A stretch of DNA of 64,000 nucleotides. Source: Spirogloea muscicola (lineage: Eukaryota). The notes below the pieces were generated by a model. That model saw only the letters and a program-made list of their open reading frames with translations, was not told the origin of the DNA and did no database searches. The DNA lies in contig WELB01000029.1 of assembly GCA_009602725.1 (NCBI GenBank), forward strand, positions 50,326-114,325. The letters are read 5' to 3'. Numbering within the stretch: position 1 is the stretch's first letter; each line of letters begins with the position of its first letter. Made by a program: the position numbers and the translations under genes. This document shows positions 39,023 to 50,283 of this stretch, in pieces.

Positions 39023-40842
39023 TCCCAGTCTGAGATATATTAAGCATTCGCAGGGGAGCTTTTACCAGCGCCTGTGCTTACTCATCAAGAGCATGCAGGT
39101 ATGGAGATGGATCCCAAACCTCAGGGCAATTGGCTACTGAGACGGTGTGGCTAACCACCACGACTGGCAGTAGTGTAGGCCTTTCGGGAGTGGCCTTTGG
39201 GTGCGGTCACGACAATGGTGGTACCTTTGGCTATGCCGGGGGCCTCATTGGCCTTGGACGGGGCCCACTTTCCTTTGTCCAACAGGTGCTTCTTTGCATG
39301 TCCATCGTGGAGCATTGCTTACTGGGAACAGAGCATGTTAGAACACATGGCCCTTGCTATAATACATGTTAGACTAGATATACAAAAGTGAATGCATACC
39401 ACTTGCAATATACTTAAATCTCTGGATCTCTTATCCAAGCCACAGATGCATCGCGTACTTGTCTACAATGTCGAGATTGGGCTTGGGCTTGCTTTCTTTA
39501 CGTGATCGCTGATCTTGTATACGAACGTTCATTCTGCACAGCTGCACCGGTCTTTATCATGTGAATCTACTTATCATTGCAGCTGCAGACGTATGACCAC
39601 GTATTTACCCTGTGCCTGCAAAGCTATGATGCACCTTACCTGCCTCCGAGCGAGCTGGAATTTGGGTCGGCTGGAGTACCTAGTACGGGCGTGACTTACA
39701 CTCCGATCCTCGACAATCCCACCCAGGATGCAAACCTTGGATATACAATCTTCTACCATGTGCAGGTCAACAGTATACTGATAGGAACAACCTCACTCAG
39801 CATCCCTGCGTCTGCATTTACCATCGACGGCAGTGGTGGAGGAGGGACAATCTTTGACTCTGGAACAACCTTGACAATGTAAGCAGAGCAACTGCTTGCC
39901 AGCCTTTTGCCATATTGGAGTAATATGCACATTCTACATCTAGGACTTGCTGGCGAATCATGAGCTCTGGCATTCCTGCTCGCGGGCTTTGCTAATATAC
40001 GCTGTGTCTCAGGCTGGTAATTGCTGCATACCAACCTGTCATTGACTATCTTAATGCCACCGTGCCTCTGCCCAAGTAAGTGTAGATATATCTGTATTGC
40101 AGTCTCATACTTTCCATGGATCATGTGCAATCAAACTTGGTCATGACAAGTTCGTGCTTCTACTTGAAGAGCTTGCTGCTGCCGCACGATGCTGCCGCTG
40201 CATACTTCGTGCAGCTCTCAGCTGCTGCAGGTAGCACAGTCCTAGTCAGTGAATACTTATTTGCCTGAGATTGCATGTATTGCAGAGCAAATATTAGTGG
40301 TCTTGGGCTTTGTTGGAACGTGACTGGAAGATTGGCAGATCCAGACGATTTCAGTAATCTGGGCTTCTTCCCTATCATGACCTTCCGCATGTCAGGGCCA
40401 TCTGACTACAGGCTTCCCCCTGCAAATTACATTGCTTTTGTGTCCGATACTGTAGTCTGTGTGGTTCTTGAAATATCAACAATCAACATCATTGGCAATT
40501 TCGCACAGCAAAATTTCCTGATGGTGCACGACCTGAACCACACCATGGTAATTGCTCATATCCTCAGATGGCAAGCTGTTCATAGCAAGCAAGGCTGCAT
40601 TTAGCATTATAACCAGATCCTTTGTGCCTCACACTGATTGCTTGCAAACCTGCATTACAGCATCACAGGTTCACCTAGCTTATTTATTCCCCATCTTGTA
40701 GTTGCTGGCGCAGCAGATCTGAGACACAAGGTTGTAAATCTGTAAGGAGAAGACCCAAGCAGGCCTTGCTGTCGTGAAGATGACCTGCCTTATTGTGATC
40801 TGCAGCTCGGCTGGAAGCCCGTGAACTGCAGTACAAAGCGCC

Positions 40843-41570
40843 CACTACCGCCGCCTCCTCCACATCCGCCACCCCCTAAGGCTTCACCTCCGCCTCCTCG
40901 CCCACCCCCCCCCAAGGCGTCTCCTCCCCCCTCTCCTAGTCCGCCTCCTCGACCACCCCCGCCCAAGGCTTCCCCCCCTCCACCTCCACCAAAGGCGTCT
41001 CCTCCACCACCTCCTGGACCTTCCCCGCCCAAGGCTTCTCCGCCACCTGCTCCTCCTCATTCCTCTTCCCCAGCACCTCCACCTCCACCTCCACCTCCAC
41101 CACATTTGTCTCCTCCACGCCCTCCCAGTCGGCCTCCTCCACCGCCCCCGCCCAAGGCTTCCCCCCCTCCCCCTCCGCATCCGCCTCCCTCAGCTCCTCC
41201 ACCTCCACCAAAGACGTCTCCTCCACCCCCTCCCAAGGCTTCCTCCCCACCTCCTCCGCATCCCCCTCCACCAGTCCCTTCACCTCCGCCAAAGGCGTCT
41301 CCTCCACCCCCCCCCAGGGCTTCCCCCCCACCTCCTCCGCATCCTCCTCCGACAGTCCCTTCACCTCCACCAAAGGCGTCTCCTCCACCTCCCCCCAAGG
41401 CTTCCCCCCCACCTCCTTCGCATCCTCCTCCCACAGTCCCTTCACCTCCACCAAAGGCGTCTCCTCCACCCTCTCCTCATCCTCCTCCTCAATCGCCAGT
41501 ACCTTCTCCCCCACTTCATCCACCTCCGCCTCATCCACCACCACCCAAGGCTTCCCCTCCACCTCCTGCA
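40843..41570 (+). repeat. Extensin-like proline-rich coding repeat (KASPPPP / HPPP / VPSPPP)
   Basis: Translation of ORF 40821-41573. Confidence 0.95.
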
Positions 41571-43039
41571 TAATTCCTTATACTCATGTTACCTCCTCAT
41601 GGGGAGGAGGTCACAGCGGATGCTGTGTTGCACCAAAGTGCAGCTTGATCATTTTCCGCATTCCAAAGGTGCTGCAGTTTCGAGAAAGATGTGAGGAAGA
41701 TGTGGGATGTGAAATACAGCGTTTAAAAGTTCTTGCAACCCAAGACAGGTGGTACAAAGTAGGACCAGATGTGCTGGACTTGGGCCATCCAACAGCTGAA
41801 AAATGTTAGCCTAATGCAAATTGTAGAGTTTCAAACTCACTGCTCTGCTTGGAAAAGATAAGTGCCTGCACATAGCGTCCTACTTACGTGGATACGCTTG
41901 ACTAGCAGCAGATGGAGAACGCTTAGCACAAGGCAAGCATTTTTTCCTCTTCGTTAGCTCGCAACCCGATTGTTAAACATATGTGGCAATTCAGTGGTTA
42001 CAGCCAAGTAATCAAGATGTTGTGGAAGACTCAGTGCACCTTCAGGAGCTCCATGGAGCAAGAAGCTAAGAATAGCCAGTTATGCCAGATTGACAAGCTT
42101 TTTGCAAACAAGAACCAGCGACGACTGTAGCAGTGAGAGGGCCAGAGCGCCGAGTGGGAGGAGCAACAAATAGCCTCTCTTCAGCTCAAACGGATTGGCT
42201 AAAGAGCACCTGTCCAAGCAACAGATTGCCTCTCTTAAGCTGGATAGCATTGGCTAACAGAACACCCGTCCGCGCTGGAGTCTGGCATAGCTGCCAACAC
42301 ATTGATTGGCATGAAAGTGCAAAAGAAAGGCCCCAAACACTGCAGGGAAACGAGTACTCACCTGCGTTTGCAACGGTGAGCCTGCAGACTACTGACCACC
42401 GCAGGTAACGGCCGCCACCTATTGGCCCTTTCACATGGTAACTTCAGAAGCTACCAAAAGCGTTACGCAGATGACTGCCTGCAGACAATCAAGTCGGTGA
42501 CGTCATTAATGGGCTCGTCTAAGTGTCTGGCCACCTTGGCTGCTGCGACTTACTCGGTGGCGCAGCATGTGCGCTTGGTGAAAGCACTAATTTAATCTTG
42601 AAGTGTCAGTGACTACTTTGCTGCAAAGATCGCATCTGCAAGTCCGACAAGCAAGGAGCTTACAAGGTCAACGTGGCACGTCCAATGTCCATATGGGAAC
42701 CTGGGTGAGAAAAACAGAACCGTCCCTTTACCCCATCTGCAGCCTCTTTCAACACCCAGCATTGAGGCCACAGGTTGTGCTAGCATATCAGCCTTGACCC
42801 ACGGGCAGCGGAGCATGTTCACAGTCGGCGCGCTCCTTCAACCACACCTTTGGTATGGCTGTAAGGCGCAAACTTTGTAATAAATGCTGCGGACTGTCAA
42901 GCCCGGGCTGCTGGCGGAGCAACGAAAGCGGGGAAGGCAGGCCTTGGGTTGGGGCTGCAACTGTTAGATAAGCAACGGATACTGCAGGGGCAGGTCCAGG
43001 GATGCGAGGGTGGGTGAGATGCTCAACCCACTTCCTAAG

Positions 43040-43993
43040 CAGATTCGAACTTTGTTAACTCTTTTTCCTGGGCTCTTTCTCACAGCCATCGCCCTCTACT
43101 GGAAGAGAGAGAAGGCGCGCGGTGCGCTTGAAATTGAAAGGGAGGCCAATTCTAGCCTTACAAAAGTCCTGTTAACTGGGTAATGAGCTGGCTAGGGGGA
43201 CACTAATATCCCCGAGTGAGCACATGCATATCTGACAAGCTATACTGAGGCGCCAACCCACCACCACGAAAGCCGTCGTATATGTCCATGGCGCATGGGG
43301 AAGAAGTGGTCGCCCCTGGGGTGGTCATTATAGCGCCTCTCCTTCTTCCTCTCCGCATGATGTGTCGCCCACCCTGGCACAGTCGGTGTGGGTGCCCCTG
43401 GTTGGACTGCGTCGATGAGAACGACGTCGAGGAGAAGACGAGGCCCACCACTCCGGGGGGTGGCCACCACATCCAGACGTGAGGCCTGCCACGCCTCTGG
43501 AGCACCGGCATGATGCCCGGCACCTCCATGGCCGCATGATAACCTGCCTCGTGCACCAAGCCATACATAGCGTCTAAGAGAAGATTGTGGGAGGCATTCT
43601 GTTCGCTTCCCTCAATACAGGGAAGCATGTGAGCTGCCAAAGTCATATCATCCTCCGAACGATGGCCACATTCACACTGTCGAATGCCAGCCAGCCCATA
43701 GGGATGTACAAGAAATGCGGCTGCTGATATCAGATAATCGGCTGCAAAAAGCCAGCCAGATGCATACAGGTGTTCATGGCGGAGCCACAGGCTAGGCAGA
43801 CAGGGCGCCCTCAGTAACTCCGTGTCATCAGTAGGAAGCAAGATGAGCTGAGGGGTGGAAGAGCAACCCCGCTGCGCAAGCCAGAGGCTGCTGCAAGCTG
43901 CAAGGGCGCGACCAGCCCGGCGATGCAAAGCAATTGCTTGGGACCGCTGTAGGCACATAGATAATCGCGTGCGGTAGCAGGACACAAGACTCA
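43040..43993. mobile_element. Mosaic of CRE-like LINE fragments, mostly minus strand
   Basis: HVLTRGY* at 43203. RLE piece CECG...HMLPC...HNLLLD at 43280-43700. C-terminus of the 35684 subfamily at 43700-43993. Confidence 0.8.
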
Positions 43994-46900
43994 AGGCACC
44001 GAGCCTCGAGGAAGTGCCGCCGGGTGATCCACACTCCGCCGCCGCACCCCTTCAAATCCCCGGGCCGCCGCCGGCGTCGCCGCCGGCGGCGCCCNGCCGT
44101 CGCCAGCGCCGCCCTGCTCCCCGCCGCCCCACCCGCGCGCCCCAGGCGCCGCCCTCGGGGCCGAAGTCCCGACGGGTGGTCCCGCGAGCGAGCTTGGCCG
44201 CGGGACCTCCTCCTCCTCTCCGCCCTCCACTCCGTCACCACGCCGCCTCCGCCGCAGCCATTTCCGCCACTCTCCCTCCCATCTTCTCCGCCGCCGTCAT
44301 CCCCGCCTGTGGAGCCGGCGCGCGTGCCGTGCCCAACCTGTCCGCGGGATTTCGCGACTCCCCGCGGTGTCTCCTCGCACCGGAAACACTGCAAGGGGCG
44401 TGCCAGCCTCACCGACACGACGCCCGATGCGGCCGCCGCGGCTTGCGGCCCCATCGCCACTGTCCTGGCAGCCTCACCTCAGGAGCAGATCACGGAGGAG
44501 CATATATCGCCTCCCGCCCGTGAGACGCAACGGGCACCTGCCTAATCGACTCTGCTCTCGAGATGTGGAGGGTCCCCCGAGAGGAACCCGGTCTCCCCGC
44601 AGGGTGCCTTGTCCCTTGGGCGTGATGCTGCCCCTTATGTTCCTGTGAGTGCGCCTCCCGTGACAGCAGGGCCGCCGTCACCACCGCCGTCGCCGCCGCC
44701 GTCGTCACCACCGTCGCCGCCGTCGCCGCCACCGCCACACAGAGTCCACCTCCGCTGAGCCAGCCACCCGCCTCGACCATGCCGCCGCTTTCCCCGTCTG
44801 AGCCTCTGCGGTGCCAGCACTGTCAGCGACCCTGGCCAACCCCGCGCGGTCGAGCCATTCACGAGCGCACCTGCGAGCAGCGTGCCAACTGTGCTGCGCA
44901 GAAGCGAAAGGCGCCTGCAGCGGGCGGCCGCGGCTGCGGTGGCAGCCTAGGCCGGCGAGTCCCCCCAGGGCCCACCTCACCCGGTCCCCACCACTGGCAA
45001 TGGGCGCGTGATCTTGACCTGGCTGCGGTACACCGGCAGGAGGCTCTCCCGCTTCTGCGCCATGTGCCGCGGTGAGCGCGCCCGCACCTGCGTCCCGCCC
45101 TCCATCCTGTCCTGGAGCGCATCGTGGCCGCCCACAGCGACGAGGCCGCCTGGAAGGTCTTCATCCTCTTCCCCAGGCTGCTGCTCTGGCGCGCACCCCC
45201 ACAGGGCCACGGCCAAGGCCGCCAGCTCCTCCCGGACCCGCATCTACCTTTCTGAGTGCCGGCGTTGGGAGGAGCTCCTGGCGCGGCATGACGCTGCAGT
45301 GGCTGCGGGTACAGTCAGCCGCCGCACTTCGCGGACGGCTCCTTCGCCAGACAGGGCGGCCAGTGTCCGCCGCGCTCTCCGGTATGGCCATGCCGGGGAG
45401 CTCTCGAGAGCCGTCCAGGCGCTGGATGATTCGGTGTTGGCGCCGGCAACTGTGGACACGCGGCAAGCCCTCTCGTCCCTCCATCCCCCGGCACGCTCTC
45501 CCCTGCCTTCGCGTTGGCCTCCTACGTCCCGCAGGAGGAGGTGGCCATTGGGTTGCAGCCCTCCGCAAGGCCCTGCAGAGCAGCCGGCGCGCAGCTGCAG
45601 GCGGCCCCTCGCGCATGGTCACGGAGCATTGGAGGGAGCTCTTCCTCGAAGGGGACGAGGCGGACTTTCGGGCGCTGCACCAGGTATGTCAACAAATGGC
45701 CCGGGGTCAGGTCCCTGCCACCATTCGCGCCGTGCTCTGTGCCAGCACTTTGCTGGCCCTCAGCAAGGTCACTGGCGGCGTCCGCCCCATCGCTATCGGC
45801 GAGGTCCTGTACCGCCTGGTGGGACGGGCACTTTGGCACCAGCACGCAGGTGCGGCCCAGACACACCTGGCACCGCACCAGTATGGCGCCGGCCTGCGGA
45901 GCGGCGGCGAGGCAGTTGTCCATGGGGTGCGGGCTCCCCTTGACCTGCACCCAGAGTGGGTGGTGCTGGCGGTAGACGTCCGTAATGCCTTTAACTGCGC
46001 CGACCGCGCCGCTGTCGTCAAGGGGCTCATTGAGGCCTTCCCAACCCTGCTGCCGTTCTTCCGGCTCGGCTACGGCCAGCCCAGTGATCTCCTCTGACCT
46101 TGTCCATTCTTTTGGGCTGGCCTCTCCCAGCCACCAGTTAATCTGGCCGCGCTTGCTCTCTGGCGGAGTGGCACCTGCGGCGTGGAGGTCCTCCAGTCTA
46201 CCTCGGGCACGCGTCAGGGGGACCCACTGGCGGGGTTTTTCTACGCGCTGGCGCACGACCGCGCCCTGAAGTCGACGGCAGCTGCCCACCCGGGCGTCCT
46301 CATGCCCACCTATGCCGACGACACCACGCTGGTGGGCCGCCGGACGAGGTCATGGCAGCCTTCGACACCCTCGAGGAGCAGCTGAAGGAGATCGGCCTGG
46401 AAATCCGTGCAGCGAAGTGCAGTGCCTGGTCACCGCAGGGCTTGCCAGCCCTCCTCCGCCTGCCCTCCGGCTGTCAGACACCAGTCGGGGGCGTCACACT
46501 CCTCGAGTTTCCACTGGGCTCACCCGCCTTCGTGGACGAGCAACTGCGCGCCAAGCTCCAGGAGCATTTCAAGCCGGCGGCCCGCCTCCCTGAGCTGCAC
46601 GATATGCAGCTGGCGCTCACCATGCTCACGCGGAGCATTGCCCAGCGTCCCCTGTACCTGGCTCGAGCCCTCCCCCCCTCCCGGGCGGCGCAGGCCGCCT
46701 ATGCAGCCTTTGATGCAGGTATCCTGGCCAGCACAGCGGCCTTGGTCCAACACCCGGCCTTCCTGGTGACGCCGGCTGCGGTTCACCAGGCCTCCCTGCC
46801 TGTGAGCCGCCGGGGTCTAGGCTGCGGCCCGCTGGCTCGTGCCTGCCGGGCAGCACACCTGGGGAGCTGGGCACAGGTTGCGGCTTCGGTGGCCCAGCAT

Positions 46901-48105
46901 TTCATCCGGCATGGGGGTCGCCTCCTGGAGCAGGCGGCAGCGGACGTGGAGACAGGCACGTTGCCATTCCAGGCGGCTCTCCGCTCAGCCCGGGATGCGC
47001 TGCTTGCGGATCACCCTGCCCTGGAGCCACGGGCCGTCCCTCTCACGCACCTCGCGCGTACGGCCGCCCTCCGGGCTCAAGCTCGCTTCATGGCGGAGGT
47101 GGATGCGGCCTCGTTCACCACGGCGATGGGGCTTTTGCCTCCGGACGACCTCCGGGGACGCGCGCGGCTGCTGTCGGCATCCTCAACAGGGGCGGCAGCT
47201 TGGTTGTCTGCCCTGCCGATTTAGGACGCGCTGCGGATGCCGGACGACGCCTTCCGCGCGGCTGTGCACCACCTTCTCGGCCTCACCCACCCTGCCTAAG
47301 TGGAATACAGCAGTGCGAGTGCGGCGAGCGCAGCCCTGACGCGGCATCGCTGGCAGCTCATATGCTCAGGTGCGCACGGGGAAGGGAGCGGACCGGCACA
47401 CATGATCTGCTCCGGAACGCAATGTTCGGCATATTTGTCGAGGCCGGTTACACTGAGGTGCTGGAGAATTCCAGCATCATGCCTCTGACCGCGGGGGCGG
47501 ATGCGCGCCTCCACACCCGGCGCGCCGATCTCGTCGCCAGCGCGCTTGGCAGGGGGCCTCGGCTCATTGCCGACGTTGTCACGACTGACTGCTTTGATTC
47601 CAGGAGCGCCAAACGCTCGTCGGAGGAGGCGGGCTATGCAGTCCGCCAAGCGGCGGGCGTAAAGGAACGGAAATACTCGGATCACCCAGTGGGCGACGAG
47701 TTTGTCCCACTCGCCGTCGACGTACACGCAGCCCTTGGGACAAAATGGCTTGACCTCCTTCACCTTGCAGCGTGCAGTGGCCGGCCGCCACGGGCAGCAG
47801 AGCGAGCAGCCTGGCTTCAACGTCGCCGGGTCCCTCGCTCAAGTCTTCCGGATGCGCTTGGCCATTGGGTCCCTTGCCTTCGCGGTTCACTTGCCCGCAG
47901 GTCGCGCTTTGGCTGCGGCCTCCGGCTTCCGTCAGGGCGACGTCTATCAGCCTGCTCGCTATTCCGACTTGCATCTACTGACTAGAGGTTACTGAGAGTC
48001 TCTTTGCTGCTGTCTTAACACTTAGCTCTCCGGCTCCTTCGGACCTTGTCCATTCCTTTGGGCTGGCCTCTCACAGCCGCCAGTCACTCTGGCCGCGCTT
48101 TCCCT
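43994..48105 (+). mobile_element. Near-full-length, decayed CRE-clade non-LTR retrotransposon (zinc fingers, RT, CCHC, RLE, 3' UTR)
   Basis: Two CX2CX12HX3C fingers at 44330-44392 and 44812-44874. RT motifs GVRPIAIGEVLYRL, QYGAG, VLAVDVRNAFN, GTRQGDPL and YADD (46311). Then CECG...HMLRC, RTGTHDLLRN, RRADL...DVVTTD...KERKY...FVPLAVDVH and LLTRGY* at 47995. Several frameshifts and stops; no APE domain and no LTRs. Confidence 0.9.
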
Positions 48106-48134
48106 TGTACTTGTGCAAAGAGGGTGTAACAAGG

Positions 48135-48570
48135 TCAGGAAGAAGTGGCTCTTCCAATGGGGGCAAGGGCTGTGAGAAGCCAGCCCGAAAAGAAATGACA
48201 AGGTTCGAAGGGGCCAAATTACGAGCTAAGCAGCGACTGTGGGGCCTGAAGAGGCTACAAGGTCGCCCCCAAGGTCCACCTCCGGAGTGGCGGGCCCGAC
48301 GATAGAAGAAGTGGCTCTCCCAATGGGGGCAAGGGCCTTGAGAAGCCAGCCCGAAAAGAATTGACAAGGTTCGAAGGGGCCAAAGTACGAGCTAAGCAGC
48401 GACTGCGGGGCCTGAAGAGGCTATGGCAGAACGGGGGAGGATGGACCACTCAGTAGTTACGAGTGAGGAGCCTCACATCCGACAGAGTAGCTGCCGGAAA
48501 ACGTTCCCCCTGACGAAAGCCGGAGGCCGCAGCGAGAGCACGGCCAGCACGCAGATGCAAGGCGTGGGAC
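48135..48570 (-). mobile_element. Two tandem 5'-truncated copies of the LLTRNY subfamily
   Basis: gaagtggctct...ggggcctgaagaggcta at ~48140-48257 and ~48305-48570. VRLLTRNY* at 48450. Confidence 0.85.
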
Positions 48571-48704
48571 GATAGGGATAAGAATCTGGGTGCACGCGCG
48601 GCACGAGGCAGTGGTCTCGTAGCACGCGCCGCACGGGAGGTACGGACTTGATCCACTCACCTGCCCGGAACGGCCCCGACTTGGGCGGTGCCATTGCGTC
48701 ACGA

Positions 48705-50084
48705 AGGCCAAATTTAGCACTTGGACGGACGGAACGCGCCGAGGGGTAACGTGCCGCGCGAGTATGTAACGCCCGGGGTTCACAGCCTAGCTCGCCCGGA
48801 CTGCGGCGGCCCGCCACGGAGGCGCCAAATCAGGCGCTGACTGGGACGCCTCTTGCCCCCGTTAAGGATGGACAAAGCGCCATTCGCCACATTTGGTGCT
48901 GACTAGGGGCCAGTTACACTGGGACGGACTGACGGACGCCTGGCGTCCGCCCTGTCAGGGGGTTGGTCGCGGCCACGAAGGCCGAGGCCGCCTGCACGTG
49001 CGGGACGGGGGGGAGGGGGTGGGGTGGACGGAAGTGGCCCTTCGAGAGGAGGGCCCAGCTCATCCGCCCTCGTGGCAGACGGCGCCGTTTCCCTCATCAA
49101 CGGGGGCTGACTAGGACGCTAAGCGTCCTAGTCAGCAACAAATGTGGCAAACGACGGAGCCGCTTTCTCCTAAACAGGGGCAAAAGGCGTCCTAGTAAGC
49201 GTCCGATGTGGCGCCTCCGTGGCGCGCGTCCGTCAGGCGCTGACTAGGGCGTCTCTTGCCCCCGTTAAGGAGGAAGAACGCGCCGTTGCACTTCTGGCGC
49301 TGACTAGGACGCCTTTACCCCCCGTTGAAGGAAGAAACGGCGCCGTGTGTCACGAGGGTGGTCAAGTTCCCGGCCCTCCTCTCGAGGAGGGCCGAGTATT
49401 CGACCCACCCCCCCCCCCGGTACCGCACGTGCAGGCGGCCTCGGCCTCCGTGGCGGCGATCAACCCCTTCACCCGTTGGTCAGAATCAACGGGTGAAGGG
49501 TCAGAACGTGCGTGACCGACCGACTTAAGTGTAAAGTGGCCCTGAGAGTCCACTTTGCTGCCGTCTTAGGGCCATTTTACACTAGGTTGGCCGGTCATGC
49601 ACGTTCCGACCACCGGGTCAAGGATTTGGTCGCCGCCACGGAGGCCGAGGTGCACGTGCGGGAAGGGGGGGGGGGTCCCGAAAACTCGGCCCTCCTCGGG
49701 AGGAGGGCCGGGAACTTGACCACCCCCGTGGCACACGGCGCCGTTTCTTCCTTAAATGGGGGGCAAAGGCGTCCTAGTCAGCGCCAGATGTGCAACGGCG
49801 CGTTCTTCCTCCTTAACGGGGGCAAGAGACGTCCTAGTCAGCGCCCGATGTGGCGCCTCCGTGGCGGGTGACCACGACCGGGCGCGCAAGGTTGTAAAGC
49901 CGGTCATTCAATCCACCGCGTGCCGAGGGCCACTTTAAACTTGGTCGTTTGGACGGGCGGACACGGCCGAGGGGTACGAGGGGTACGTGTCGCGCATTGT
50001 ATGGACACTCGGGGTCAAAGTTTTGCCAATCTGAGGCCAAACTGAGGCCAATTTGCGTCCGTCCGTCCCGGTGTAAATTGGCTC
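48705..50084. mobile_element. Nested non-coding foldback cluster with PIF/Harbinger-like termini (MITE-like)
   Basis: Terminal motif GGGCCAnTTTACACT variants at 48907, 49569 and 49927 (forward) and at 49528-49542 and 50070-50084 (reverse), some next to TTA/TGA/TCA. An ~250-bp unit recurs in alternating orientations. The superfamily call is inferred from the TIR sequence. Confidence 0.6.
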
Positions 50085-50211
50085 TCAGTAACCTCTAGTC
50101 AGTAGATGCTAGTCGGAATACTAGCAGGCGGAAGCTGGAGGCCGCCGCCAAAGCGCGGCCTGCGCGCAAGTGAAGCGCGAAGGCAAGGGACCGCTGCAGA
50201 GAGATGGCCAA

Positions 50212-50283
50212 GAGTCTTCCACTTTCCTACGTGCTGAGTCTTCCACTTTCCTACGTGCTGAGTCTTCCACTTTCCTGCGTGCT
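50212..50283. repeat. 24-bp tandem repeat x3
   Basis: gagtcttccactttcctacgtgct three times, with one mismatch. Confidence 0.95.

Larger units (their letters stand above)
36780..41573 (+). pseudogene. Aspartic protease-extensin chimera, copy 1, apparently disabled
   Basis: Same exons as copy 2 (DTGSDL, DSGTT, IIGNFAQQN, SP-rich tail to TAA at 41573). Lesions: +1 nt in the signal-peptide exon (~36843), -2 nt at ~37855, an internal 526-bp tandem duplication, +1 nt at ~38913 and a LINE insertion in the upstream region. Confidence 0.75.
35587..43036 (+). repeat. Segmental duplication, copy 1 (paralogous to 53018-59507)
   Basis: Collinear similarity runs from gtgattggccagc...gatgcgccgggcgggaaggcgcc through the protease gene to ...gtgag..gctca.cccacttcc. 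Confidence 0.9.

Noticed and set aside
40790..41571. Gly-rich and Glu/Val-rich ORFs on the minus strand (also 56845-57415)
   Set aside because: Antisense shadows of the proline repeat.
43994..44100. HDV-like self-cleaving ribozyme at the element 5' end
   Set aside because: I could not build the nested double-pseudoknot pairing by eye, and the region contains an N. A covariance-model search would be needed.
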